Source: Parcubacteria group bacterium | GTDB taxonomy: Bacteria; Patescibacteriota; Microgenomatia; UBA1400; PJMF01 | Assembly: GCA_943350175.1 (NCBI GenBank) | Contig: CALQZX010000005.1 | Coordinates: 150-64,149, forward strand | Length of the DNA: 64,000 nt | Reading direction: 5' to 3' | Shown: piece after piece, positions 1 through 8,813 of the stretch | Numbering within the stretch: the first letter of the stretch is position 1 | How the letters are laid out: each line of letters starts with the position of its first letter | The notes under the pieces: generated by a model | What the model was told of the DNA's origin: nothing | Seen by the model: the letters and a program-made list of their open reading frames with translations, nothing else | Databases searched by the model: none | Program-made: the position numbers and the translations under genes

Positions 1-2
1 TA

Positions 3-158
3 GTCGTTGTTTTAGTCATTGTCCTTGTGTTATTTGGTGGCAAGAAACTCCCAGAACTATCTAAGGGAATCGGTGAAGCCATTAAAAATATTCGTACCGG
101 ATTCTCTGATGATGAAAAAACCAAAGACAAAACTTCAAAAGATAAGTCTAAAAAGTAA
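3..158 (+). CDS. tatA: TatA/E twin-arginine translocase subunit, copy 1 (5' end outside the window)
   Basis: Frame from nt 3 reads VVVLVIVLVLFGGKKLPELSKGIGEAIKNIRTGFSDDEK...KK*, with the TatA TM helix, FG hinge and amphipathic helix. Not in the ORF track because it lacks a start. Confidence 0.9.
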   Translation, partial: VVVLVIVLVLFGGKKLPELSKGIGEAIKNIRTGFSDDEKTKDKTSKDKSKK

Positions 159-864
159 TCCTCAAGAGAAGCTCCTGATCAAAGAACATCTGAGTGAGTT
201 AGCTCACCGCTTTTACGCTTGGCTCCTGTTCTTTATTGTCGGTTGCGTCATCGGTTACCTCAACTATGCCAGACTCCTTGACTGGCTCATTACTCCACTA
301 CACAAACCTCTGTTTTATACCTCACCCATTGGTGGATTTGAGGCGGTGTTTGGGGTGTCTGCCCTGTTTGGGTTTGTCTTTTCCCTGCCAATTCTCCTAT
401 TTGAGATCATCAAGTTCATCGAGCCAGTCAGTCCCAAGTTCAAAGGCAAAAAGATTATTGCCTATCTCCATATTTCCTTACTACTAGCTATATCAGGCAT
501 CCTCACCTCATATTACTTGGTATTTCCCGCCTCCCTCGAATTCCTCGGCAAGTTTGGTAGTGATCAACTAGAGTCTCTGATTTCCACCAAGGATTACTTT
601 TCATTTGTGACAAGATACCTGCTGGGATTTGCCATCCTGTTCCAGCTCCCGCTTGTGATCTATCTCATCAGTTTGTTCACGCCAGTTTCAGCCAAGTCCC
701 TCCTTAAACAATTCAAGTATGTCTTTGCCTTAAGTTTCCTAATCGCTGCCATTTTGACCCCCACCCCTGATTTAGTTAATCAAACGATCATGGCTACCCC
801 CATCATCCTTCTGTATTTGCTAACCATATTGATATTACTAATCAAAAAGGGTATTGTTAAATAA
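109..864 (+). CDS. tatC: TatC translocase subunit
   Basis: EHLSELAHR, multiple TM segments, FQLPLV and AAILTPTPD motifs. Likely start is ATG 109 or 112, overlapping tatA; the track's start at 19 lies inside tatA. Confidence 0.92.
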   Translation: MMKKPKTKLQKISLKSNPQEKLLIKEHLSELAHRFYAWLLFFIVGCVIGYLNYARLLDWLITPLHKPLFYTSPIGGFEAVFGVSALFGFVFSLPILLFEIIKFIEPVSPKFKGKKIIAYLHISLLLAISGILTSYYLVFPASLEFLGKFGSDQLESLISTKDYFSFVTRYLLGFAILFQLPLVIYLISLFTPVSAKSLLKQFKYVFALSFLIAAILTPTPDLVNQTIMATPIILLYLLTILILLIKKGIVK

Positions 865-867
865 GAT

Positions 868-1077
868 ATGAAAAGTGTAGTCAGGAAATTGTCCTCAGTT
901 AAACTCACAAGGTCTGAGTTTTTAACGTATGTTGGGGTAGTATTCCTTGGTATCCTTGGTATTCCTTCTCTCCTTAAACTTGTCTCAGATGTCAGTCCTA
1001 AATCAAACACTAGCACTAAAAGAGTCGTTAAAAAGCCTGCTCCACATACCTTTGGTTCTGGAGCATACGGAGTTTAA
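868..1077 (+). CDS. Small single-TM protein with a Tat-like motif (TRSEFL) and C-terminal FGSGAYG
   Basis: Starts 3 nt after tatC. Single-Arg variant of S/T-R-R-x-F-L followed by a hydrophobic stretch. Confidence 0.7.
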   Translation: MKSVVRKLSSVKLTRSEFLTYVGVVFLGILGIPSLLKLVSDVSPKSNTSTKRVVKKPAPHTFGSGAYGV

Positions 1078-1087
1078 ATAAAAATAT

Positions 1088-1528
1088 ATGACAGCAATAC
1101 CAACAGTTGGAGGAAATAATGGATCTTGGGGAACAGTTCTTAATGACTACCTCCAAACAGAACATACCTCAACTGGTACTCATGGCCTTGCAACTGGACT
1201 TGTGACTGATGTAGTCAACACCGTCGCAGATGCAGGAGCTACTAAAACAATCCCAGCTCCAACCGTAGCAGGAATTAACTACTTAACCCTCACCGCCACT
1301 TGTACTCTCACTTTCCCCACAGCCGTAGCAGGTCAATCTTTTACATTAGTACTTAAACAAGGTGGATCAGGTAGTTACACCATCACTTGGCCAGCTAGTA
1401 TCGTGAAATGGGACGGTGGAGTCGCTCCTACCCTCACAACCACAGTTGGTGCAATAGACATCCTTGGTTTCATGTGTGTTGATGGCACTAACTGGTTTGG
1501 CTTTGTCTCAGGCCAAAATATGAGTTAG
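1088..1528 (+). CDS. Thr/Gly-rich beta protein with an N-terminal PxxGGxxGxWGxxLNDYL motif and a phage tail-fibre-like C-terminal domain
   Basis: C-terminal LVLKQGGSGSYTITWP..VKWDGGVAPTLTTT...IDILGF...DGTNWFG resembles phage fibre modules (recognition from memory). Confidence 0.6.
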   Translation: MTAIPTVGGNNGSWGTVLNDYLQTEHTSTGTHGLATGLVTDVVNTVADAGATKTIPAPTVAGINYLTLTATCTLTFPTAVAGQSFTLVLKQGGSGSYTITWPASIVKWDGGVAPTLTTTVGAIDILGFMCVDGTNWFGFVSGQNMS

Positions 1529-1544
1529 GCAATTAACACAACAT

Positions 1545-2558
1545 ATGAAATTATCTAGAAGAAGACTATTTAGAGTAATGATTAGTGGCCGAGCCACTTA
1601 CTCTATCTCTGGCACAGTTTATGACGCTGATGGTACAACGCCCGTAGAAGGTGCAACCGTCGCTCTTGGACTACTTACCACCACAAGCGTAGCTGATGGG
1701 ACATTTACAATAACTGATATTCCCGCTGGCACTTCTGGACCGATGACATGCACAAAAACGGGCTACTCGTGGACGGAGATTAGTATTGCGGCGATGGGTG
1801 GTAGTCTGACTGCGCAGAATTACGTCAATGTGTGGTATGCAATAGGTGGAACTTATAACAACATTAAGGCGTTTTATCACCCGCTAGGCGCGGCATCACT
1901 CGATGCTAGCTACGTAAACTTAATTGACCAAGGTGTAAACAATGCCGTGCCCGGAGTAACACCAACATTTGATACGTCCTATGGATGGTCGTTCAACGGG
2001 TCTAGTGAATATCTGAAATGCCCTCTTAGTATGGGAGATAATTGGACAGTGATTGAAAGATATAGTAATGGAACTGTTGGTGGAAACAAAACTTGGTGGG
2101 GCAGTGCAGATGTGGGATCGTACAAATTGGTATCTGCTAATGACGCTGGGATTGGAGACAAAATAACTGTTCAGCACGGTGGAACTGCATTAAATGTGTT
2201 TTTCCAACAACCCCTGGGAGGAATTATTGGAATTGCTGGTAGGCAACTATATGTAGATGGAGTAGCAAGAGGTTCACAAATGGGTGCAGGTTCTGGGGGC
2301 GCGTATGCCTCAGCAATGGGAATTGGCTGTTTCCTTTCTGGAACCGCACTGACACCCAGTGGTTACTCAGCTAAGCGTACTCAGATATTTATAGCTTATA
2401 ACGTAACTTTGACATTGGCACAAATACAAGTCATAAATTCGGCAATGGCGGCTTCAACAACACCATTAATCGCAGGATTGCCAGAGGATGTTTTTTTGTT
2501 TGCCAGTAGCGAACAACTTATGCTAGACTCGGTAGGCGAAAGATTGCAACAAGGATAA
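1545..2558 (+). CDS. Carboxypeptidase-regulatory-like beta-sandwich plus LamG/ConA-like domain, with N-terminal SRRRLF
   Basis: ISGTVYDADGTTPVEGATV...DGTFTITDIPAG, then GWSFNGSSEYL and LYVDG LamG-like motifs. Confidence 0.6.
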   Translation: MKLSRRRLFRVMISGRATYSISGTVYDADGTTPVEGATVALGLLTTTSVADGTFTITDIPAGTSGPMTCTKTGYSWTEISIAAMGGSLTAQNYVNVWYAIGGTYNNIKAFYHPLGAASLDASYVNLIDQGVNNAVPGVTPTFDTSYGWSFNGSSEYLKCPLSMGDNWTVIERYSNGTVGGNKTWWGSADVGSYKLVSANDAGIGDKITVQHGGTALNVFFQQPLGGIIGIAGRQLYVDGVARGSQMGAGSGGAYASAMGIGCFLSGTALTPSGYSAKRTQIFIAYNVTLTLAQIQVINSAMAASTTPLIAGLPEDVFLFASSEQLMLDSVGERLQQG

Positions 2559-2560
2559 CT

Positions 2561-3757
2561 ATGGCACAAATAGGAACATATACAACAAAAGAAACCCCTG
2601 TCAGAGATGATAAATTGATAGGAACAAGCTCGAACGGAGGATCAACAAATAACTTTTTATTATCTGCCATTCGTCAGGTGTACTACCCCGAAGATTATGG
2701 CGCTGTAGGTGATGGAGCTGCAGATGATACTACTGCGTTGATAAACTGTGCGTCAGCGGCTGGTGGCAAGATAATGGCACTACAGCCAGGGAAAACCTAT
2801 ATTTATTCAGGCCGAATCATACTGACCGCTAATACGATTTTAAATGGCAATCATGCAATCCTACAGCGCAGGGCCGGGACGACACTTGTGTCTACCACTC
2901 TAACAGCTATTGCCGAAAACGCTCCCAGTGGGGTAACGGTACGGGTTGCTGACCCGTCTAAATTTGCAGTGAATATGTGGGTATCTCTAGATAATAACGT
3001 TCCCTCAATGGCAGAGCCAACTTTCACTTTGGCTGGTCATAAAATCACCAATATATCAGGTGATGTGCTCACTTTGGATAGTGCGTTCACTACTGCTATG
3101 GGGATTGGCTCTTATGTGCGCATGTCTACAACGTGTATCAACGCGGGGGCAGGTTGCAAGATTCGTAACCTGAGAATAGACGGTAACAAGGCCAATCAGC
3201 TTATAGGTGCTGCTGCGTGGGGTTACTGGGGGCAGCATTATGAACTATTAGTTACATCTTCGATAGTCGAAGGATGCGAGATTTACAATGGTCAATCTGA
3301 AGGCATTGGAATGGCTGGGATACACAATGTCATAAAAAATAACAATATTCACGATTGCAATGGGAATGGAATCCATTTGTCTGCATCGGTAAGCGATGAA
3401 ATTACAGGAAATCGACTTATAAATAATAATTTGCTAGACAACAACGCATCTAACCTGCTAACCGAGAACACGGGACACAACGAAGGACATATCTGCTTTT
3501 CTGACACAACAGAAAGTACAGTTGTGTCAGGTAATCATATTATGGCAACAGGCGCGTATGGCATCGGTGCATTCGACGCTACAAATAAATATATAATTGT
3601 TAACGCTAATATTTTTGACAGTTGCGTATCTGCCCCCATGCAAATTGGTGCTGGTGCAGATGGTGTTATCCTGACCTCTAATTTCTTTATTGATTGTGGA
3701 GTACAAGGTACAGTAGGAGGCTCAGTAATTGAGCATAATCACGTTATAAACAGATAG
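2561..3757 (+). CDS. Right-handed beta-helix (Pectate_lyase_3 / tailspike-like) protein
   Basis: DYGAVGDGAADDTTAL motif, IDGNKANQ and Asn/Ile/Gly beta-helix repeats; no signal peptide. Confidence 0.8.
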   Translation: MAQIGTYTTKETPVRDDKLIGTSSNGGSTNNFLLSAIRQVYYPEDYGAVGDGAADDTTALINCASAAGGKIMALQPGKTYIYSGRIILTANTILNGNHAILQRRAGTTLVSTTLTAIAENAPSGVTVRVADPSKFAVNMWVSLDNNVPSMAEPTFTLAGHKITNISGDVLTLDSAFTTAMGIGSYVRMSTTCINAGAGCKIRNLRIDGNKANQLIGAAAWGYWGQHYELLVTSSIVEGCEIYNGQSEGIGMAGIHNVIKNNNIHDCNGNGIHLSASVSDEITGNRLINNNLLDNNASNLLTENTGHNEGHICFSDTTESTVVSGNHIMATGAYGIGAFDATNKYIIVNANIFDSCVSAPMQIGAGADGVILTSNFFIDCGVQGTVGGSVIEHNHVINR

Positions 3758-3795
3758 AAAACCACCTCGGACATGCAATAGGTTTCTCTTGAAGA

Positions 3796-3984
3796 CTATT
3801 TTTGAGCTTTAGTTTTTGGAGTTTTCTCTTTTTTGTTTTCGTTATCGCTAAAGCCTGATCGAATATTCTTGATAGCTTCCCCAATTCCTCTAGATAGCTC
3901 AGGTAGCTTCTTGCCACCAAATAACACAAGGACAATAACCAAAACAACAATAAATTCTTGTACCCCTATTCCAAACATATACAT
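3796..3984 (-). CDS. tatA: TatA/E subunit, copy 2 (inverted)
   Basis: MFGIGVQEFIVVLVIVLVLFGGKKLPELSRGIGEAIKNIRSG, near-identical to copy 1. Confidence 0.92.
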   Translation of the reverse strand: MYMFGIGVQEFIVVLVIVLVLFGGKKLPELSRGIGEAIKNIRSGFSDNENKKEKTPKTKAQK

Positions 3985-4017
3985 AGATATTATTCGTAAT
4001 CTACAAGGAATGCAATA

Positions 4018-4040
4018 GTTTGAATCCCACCAGCCCCACC
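4018..4040 (+). other. tRNA 3'-end-like fragment (possible att scar)
   Basis: GTTTGAAT-CCCAC-CAGCCCC-A-CC matches a T-loop-like segment, T-stem 3' strand, acceptor 3' strand, discriminator and CC. No tRNA 5' half upstream. Confidence 0.5.
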
Positions 4041-4145
4041 TGGGCGTGAAATGATCTAGACATCTCGTGATTTATAGCTAACTACCACCACTACTCTTTC
4101 ACACACATCACTGGTGAAGCAAAATTTTTATATTTTATCTGTTAG

Positions 4146-4173
4146 TTGCTTTTTTCCTCTGGAGCGATATAAT
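4146..4173 (+). promoter_or_regulatory. Sigma70-type promoter for the pilin/T4SS-like operon
   Basis: TTGCTT (4146-4151), 16 nt, TATAAT (4168-4173). Confidence 0.6.
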
Positions 4174-4194
4174 TCTCTCAAGTTTACAAGAGCT

Positions 4195-4217
4195 GCCCCT
4201 CCGATAGGGGCTTTTTT
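4195..4217 (+). terminator. Intrinsic terminator-like hairpin inside the operon leader
   Basis: GCCCCT-ccgat-AGGGGC followed by T6. Confidence 0.65.
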
Positions 4218-4269
4218 GTAGCTAGACCTGCCTAAAGTTATAAATTATTGATTTATATGGAGGTAGGCT

Positions 4270-4605
4270 ATGAATAAAAAAATAATTGTTACATCTTCTC
4301 TCGCCATCATGGCACTAATCTTTGCGTCACCAGTCTTGGCTGCTTCAGCTGACGTAACCAAGATCGAGACATTCATCAAAAGTATTATCCAAATCTTAGT
4401 GACACTTGCCGGACTCATTTCCGCTGGATTCTTTGTCTGGGGTGGTGTTAGTTATATAACCAGTTCGGGCAACCCAGTTGCGTTGGATCAGGCAAAAAAC
4501 ACGATTAAATATTCAGCCATTGGATTGATCGTTGTCTTGGGAGCATTCATCTTGACTAATATCATCTCTGATTTAGCAACTGGAGCATTTGGAGCTACTC
4601 AATAG
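4270..4605 (+). CDS. TrbC/VirB2-like pilin
   Basis: Signal peptide ending VLA-A, two hydrophobic helices around GGVSYITSSGNP...AK; GGAGGT RBS. Confidence 0.8.
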   Translation: MNKKIIVTSSLAIMALIFASPVLAASADVTKIETFIKSIIQILVTLAGLISAGFFVWGGVSYITSSGNPVALDQAKNTIKYSAIGLIVVLGAFILTNIISDLATGAFGATQ

Positions 4606-4631
4606 TTCCAATCTTTGGATTATGAACAACT

Positions 4632-5924
4632 ATGAAATTATTGAGTCTGGCACTAATCACCATACTTACGACACTCTTCTTCCCTTCTGTGGCCTATGCA
4701 GCAAGTAGCGCACCATCGGAAGTAACCGCTTTTACGAGTGATGCCCTCACTCTCATTACGATAATATCGGCCGCCTCAGCGGTCTTTTTTTTAATTCGCG
4801 GTGGCTATGTCTACATTACCTCAACTGGCAAGCCAGACGCGCTTGAAGAAGCAAAGAAAACTATTCGCAACTCTATCATTGGTTTAGTACTTGTCCTCGC
4901 CTCCAGTTCAATAGTCTCTGTTTTATCTGGCGCTTTGGTGGGAGGTGGCACTGCCACAAATACAGCCACTCTTCCATTAACTCAAATTGAGAGTGTTGCT
5001 CCAAGTGATGGGTTGACCCAAGTACTAATTGATGCGGTCAACGGATTTATTCAAAATATAGTTGAGAGTTCTACTAAGCCAATAGTCGATGGAATTATGA
5101 CCTTTCTTGGCTCAACTCCATCGCTTCTTGAAAATGCCTCAATCGTCAAATTCTGGCTCATTATGCTCGGTATCACCGATACTCTCTTTGTCCTTGTCGT
5201 CGCACTCCTTGGCCTCCAATTCATGAGTGCCTCCACCTTTGGCTTTGAAGAGATAGAGTTTAAACATTTACTTCCTAGAATTGGCCTGGCGTTCTTAGGG
5301 GCGAATGTCTCACTCTTTTTGGCCGATTATGCAATTAAAGCCAGCAACGCTCTGGTATCTGGGGTAATCTCTGCCACAGGAGGCCTCAATCATGCATGGA
5401 TCACGAACGCTATTACCATATCTAGTCTAACTAATGGCACTGCGCCATTTATTATTCTCATTTTCCTTTTGATATTTCTCATTGTCGCCATCGTACTACT
5501 GCTTATGTACATCAGTCGTTTGATCGTCATAGTACTTGGAGCTGTCCTTTCTCCTTTTATATTCTTACTCTCTGCTATTCCTAAAACTGCTGACTTTGCT
5601 GAGATGGCAGTTAAAGGCTATCTTGTCTCTGTATTTACGATCTTTGTTCATGTCGTAACTATTCAACTGGCTGGAACATTTTTAACCTTGCCAGAGCAAA
5701 CCAATAACTCTCTGATTTCTGTCGCTGTGGCTATCGGGTTATTACTCACTCTCTTGAAAATTCCTAGCTTCATGATGCAACTTATTCTATTTTCCCGAAG
5801 TGTTGGAGCAGTTCGACATATGGGGAGTCAAATCACCAATGTGTTAAGTACTGACTCGAGCTCAAATGTAGCCTACAAGGGCGCGAGAGCAGTCAAGATG
5901 CCCAGAAGGAGTGCAAACCTATGA
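4632..5924 (+). CDS. Pilin-like N-terminal domain fused to a VirB6/TrbL-like polytopic membrane domain
   Basis: N-terminal GGYVYITSTGKPDALEEAKK repeats the pilin motif; the C-terminal part has several TM segments; T4SS context. Confidence 0.65.
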   Translation: MKLLSLALITILTTLFFPSVAYAASSAPSEVTAFTSDALTLITIISAASAVFFLIRGGYVYITSTGKPDALEEAKKTIRNSIIGLVLVLASSSIVSVLSGALVGGGTATNTATLPLTQIESVAPSDGLTQVLIDAVNGFIQNIVESSTKPIVDGIMTFLGSTPSLLENASIVKFWLIMLGITDTLFVLVVALLGLQFMSASTFGFEEIEFKHLLPRIGLAFLGANVSLFLADYAIKASNALVSGVISATGGLNHAWITNAITISSLTNGTAPFIILIFLLIFLIVAIVLLLMYISRLIVIVLGAVLSPFIFLLSAIPKTADFAEMAVKGYLVSVFTIFVHVVTIQLAGTFLTLPEQTNNSLISVAVAIGLLLTLLKIPSFMMQLILFSRSVGAVRHMGSQITNVLSTDSSSNVAYKGARAVKMPRRSANL

Positions 5925-6397
5925 GAACTACCATCATCCCAGCACAAATCACTACAGTTGAGGACAAGATTGCCGGCAGTCTTAACATGACTCAAATCCT
6001 CATTATGATGTTTCCAGTTTTATGGACAGCACTCGTATACATTCTTCTTTTCCCCAGCATGAAACTAACTTCTTTCAAACTGGTATTAATTATTTTTGCC
6101 ACAGCAACCTCGGGTATTTTGGCCCTACGAATCAAAGACAAGATAGTAGCCGAGTGGTTAGGAGTTCTTCTTAAATATCGCCTCAGGCCAAAGTACTACC
6201 TATTTAACAAAAATGATTTAACTAATCGATCACTCGATATACCAGAACTACCAGTTGAGAATGTTGTCGTCAAAAAGAAGGCAAAGAAATCTATCCGAAA
6301 CGAAAACTTTGATCTGGATATCCTTGATCAGGTTAAGCTTGAGCATTTAATAAACTCAGGCAAAGTCGCCCTACACTATCAACTGAGTAAAAAATAA
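5921..6397 (+). CDS. PrgI-family (VirB3-like) membrane protein
   Basis: IPAQITTVEDKIAGSLNMTQ followed by two TM segments; ATGA overlap with the previous gene. Confidence 0.75.
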   Translation: MRTTIIPAQITTVEDKIAGSLNMTQILIMMFPVLWTALVYILLFPSMKLTSFKLVLIIFATATSGILALRIKDKIVAEWLGVLLKYRLRPKYYLFNKNDLTNRSLDIPELPVENVVVKKKAKKSIRNENFDLDILDQVKLEHLINSGKVALHYQLSKK

Positions 6398-6398
6398 T

Positions 6399-7019
6399 AT
6401 GAAGAACTTACTACATAAATCAGGTAGCACCAGTAGTCGCCAACAAATTCAGATTAAGGAAGTGGTGGATAACATCCTCGTGCTCCCTAATAACGAATAC
6501 CGCCAGATCCTTGAAACTTCCTCGGTCAACTTCGAGCTCAAAAGTGAAGAAGAGCAGGATGTGATCATCGACAGTTTTCAAAACTTCTTAAATGCTCTGC
6601 CCTGTCAGATCCAAATTCTCGTCAGGGTACGCGAAATGGATATTGATAAATATCTCGAAGACATCGCTAAAACAAAAGATAAGGAAAAAGTTCCTGCCTA
6701 CAAAAAACAAATTGAGGGTTACTGTGCTTTTGTGAAGAAGTTGGTCTCGGGAAATAAGATCCTATCAAGACGCTTCTATATTATCGTTCCCTACAAACAT
6801 ACTGAACGTCATCAAGACATGAAGCTCATTAAAGAACATCTAAATCTTGAGAAAGACATCATCGTCAAAGGACTCGAGCGCATGCAGATGAAAGCGAGAT
6901 CGCTCTCAGGCATAGAAATCCTCAATCTCTTTTACGGTTTTTACAACGGTGAGAGCATGAAAACTCAACCCCTTACCAAAGAATCCGTGGAGGCGTTACT
7001 ACGAAATAACTATGTTTAA
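6399..7019 (+). CDS. VirB4-associated protein (PrgI/TraC N-terminal-like)
   Basis: SSVNFELKSEEEQD...FQNFLNAL...IQI and RRFYIIVP motifs, typical of the gene before VirB4 in CPR clusters. Confidence 0.65.
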   Translation: MKNLLHKSGSTSSRQQIQIKEVVDNILVLPNNEYRQILETSSVNFELKSEEEQDVIIDSFQNFLNALPCQIQILVRVREMDIDKYLEDIAKTKDKEKVPAYKKQIEGYCAFVKKLVSGNKILSRRFYIIVPYKHTERHQDMKLIKEHLNLEKDIIVKGLERMQMKARSLSGIEILNLFYGFYNGESMKTQPLTKESVEALLRNNYV

Positions 7020-8811
7020 TCTAACCAAAAAACTATCAAATCTAAAACCAATTAAAAATTGGAAACGCCAACAGCTCAAGAAGAAGTTGACCAACCAGTC
7101 GATTAACATTGCCTACGGGCAGCAAGATCAGCTCGACATGATCTCTTATGCTGGTCTTAAAGAAGAATCCAGCTATTTGCAGATCAACGATCGCTACGTC
7201 AGGACATTGTTTGTTTCAGGCTATCCCTATGTAGCCTCAACTGGCTGGCTCTCTATGCTCATTAATTTCAATCACAATATTGATATCAGCTATCACATTG
7301 AACAAGTTGATCCACTCATTGCTCTGCCCAAACTCAATAGAAAGATCACGGAGCTTGAATCCACCAAACGCACCATGCTTAAAGAAGGTAAGGTCATAGG
7401 GAGCGAAATTACTGATCCCCTCGAATCGGCTATGGAGCTTAAAGACAAAATTCAGCGGGGCATGGAGAAGCTTTTCCAAATCTCTATCTATATGACGATT
7501 AGTGCCGAGAGTTTATCAGAACTCAATAAAGTCACCAAACTCCTCGAAACGGTTATGCAGACAAGACTTTTCTACATCAAGCCCGCTACCTTCCAACAGA
7601 TCGAGGGGTTGCAGTCTATTCTCCCTAGAGCCGAGAATAAACTAGCTCAAAAACGTAATCTTGATAGCTCAAGTGCTGCCCTGACCTTCCCCTTTGTCTC
7701 CTCTGAACTCGTCCAAGAATCAGGTATCTTGTACGGTATCAACAAATCAAATAATTCTCTGGTCATTATTGATCGCTTTAGTTTAAATAATGCCAACTCT
7801 ATTATTTTTGCCCAGTCGGGATCTGGTAAAAGCTATACCGCCAAGGTGGAGATTTTAAGACACCTGATGCAGGGTACAAAGGTCATCATTATTGACCCTG
7901 AGCGCGAGTACAAACAACTGGCTAAGAGTGTGGACGGCACATATATCAAACTCTCTAGCTCATCCAAAGAAAAGATTAATCCTTTTCAGTTCTCAGAGCA
8001 CTCAGTTACCCAAGAAAACAATTTATCCGAACATATTCAGGATTTAACCGAGCTCATCTCCCTGATGGTTGGGTCACTCACCTCAGAAGAGAGGGCATCA
8101 GTTGATCGCGCACTACTTCTCACCTACAAAGAAGCCAAGCTTACTCCGCGTAAAAATGCCAAGAGATCAAAAGCAATAGAGTATCCGCTCCTGAAAGATT
8201 TCTATAAAAATTTAAAATTAATGAAACAGAAAGATTTATGCGACCGACTTGAGAGATTTGTAAAAGGATCGTTATCTACCGTCTTTGATTCCCAAACTAA
8301 TATCAAACTGGATAATCGTCTAATTGTCTTTGATATTAAAGATTTAAACGAATCAATCAGATCAATCATGATGATGGTGGTTGCTAACTTCGTTAATAAC
8401 GAAGTTAAACAAAATCCCCAGAAACGAATGCTCGTGATTGATGAGGGTTGGATGCTCCTGCAAGAACCAGAGAGTGCCAGGTTTATCTCAGGTCTAGTTC
8501 GCCGAGCAAGAAAATATTACTTAGGCGTCACGATCATCACTCAGCAAGCCAATGACTTCCTCAACCAAGACTATGGCAAAGCCATTGCTAGCCAATCATC
8601 CCTGAGAATTCTAATGCGCCAAGATACGACAACTATTAAAAAAGTGGCTGACGAGTTCCATTTATCTGCCTATGAACAACACTATCTGCTAACCTGTGAT
8701 CGAGGTGAGGCTTTAATTATTGCCGATCAAAACCATGTTGCAGTGAAAATTGTGGCCTCAGAGCAAGAACATCCACTTCTGACTACTGATCCCCGGGAAG
8801 TCTATATCTAG
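7012..8811 (+). CDS. virB4: VirB4-like T4SS ATPase
   Basis: Walker A AQSGSGKS, IIDPEREY, Walker B LVIDEGW, RRARKY, ITQ. Confidence 0.9.
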   Translation: MFNLTKKLSNLKPIKNWKRQQLKKKLTNQSINIAYGQQDQLDMISYAGLKEESSYLQINDRYVRTLFVSGYPYVASTGWLSMLINFNHNIDISYHIEQVDPLIALPKLNRKITELESTKRTMLKEGKVIGSEITDPLESAMELKDKIQRGMEKLFQISIYMTISAESLSELNKVTKLLETVMQTRLFYIKPATFQQIEGLQSILPRAENKLAQKRNLDSSSAALTFPFVSSELVQESGILYGINKSNNSLVIIDRFSLNNANSIIFAQSGSGKSYTAKVEILRHLMQGTKVIIIDPEREYKQLAKSVDGTYIKLSSSSKEKINPFQFSEHSVTQENNLSEHIQDLTELISLMVGSLTSEERASVDRALLLTYKEAKLTPRKNAKRSKAIEYPLLKDFYKNLKLMKQKDLCDRLERFVKGSLSTVFDSQTNIKLDNRLIVFDIKDLNESIRSIMMMVVANFVNNEVKQNPQKRMLVIDEGWMLLQEPESARFISGLVRRARKYYLGVTIITQQANDFLNQDYGKAIASQSSLRILMRQDTTTIKKVADEFHLSAYEQHYLLTCDRGEALIIADQNHVAVKIVASEQEHPLLTTDPREVYI

Positions 8812-8813
8812 CT

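Noticed and set aside
19-108. N-terminal extension of TatC in the ORF track
   Set aside because: It is an alternative frame of tatA copy 1; ATG 109 or 112 is more plausible.
1088-3757. Prophage
   Set aside because: Only tail-like modules; no capsid, terminase, portal or lysis genes in the window.
3744-3950. 68-aa minus ORF resembling the TatC ORF start
   Set aside because: Alternative frame of the duplicated tatA; kept only as evidence of the duplication.
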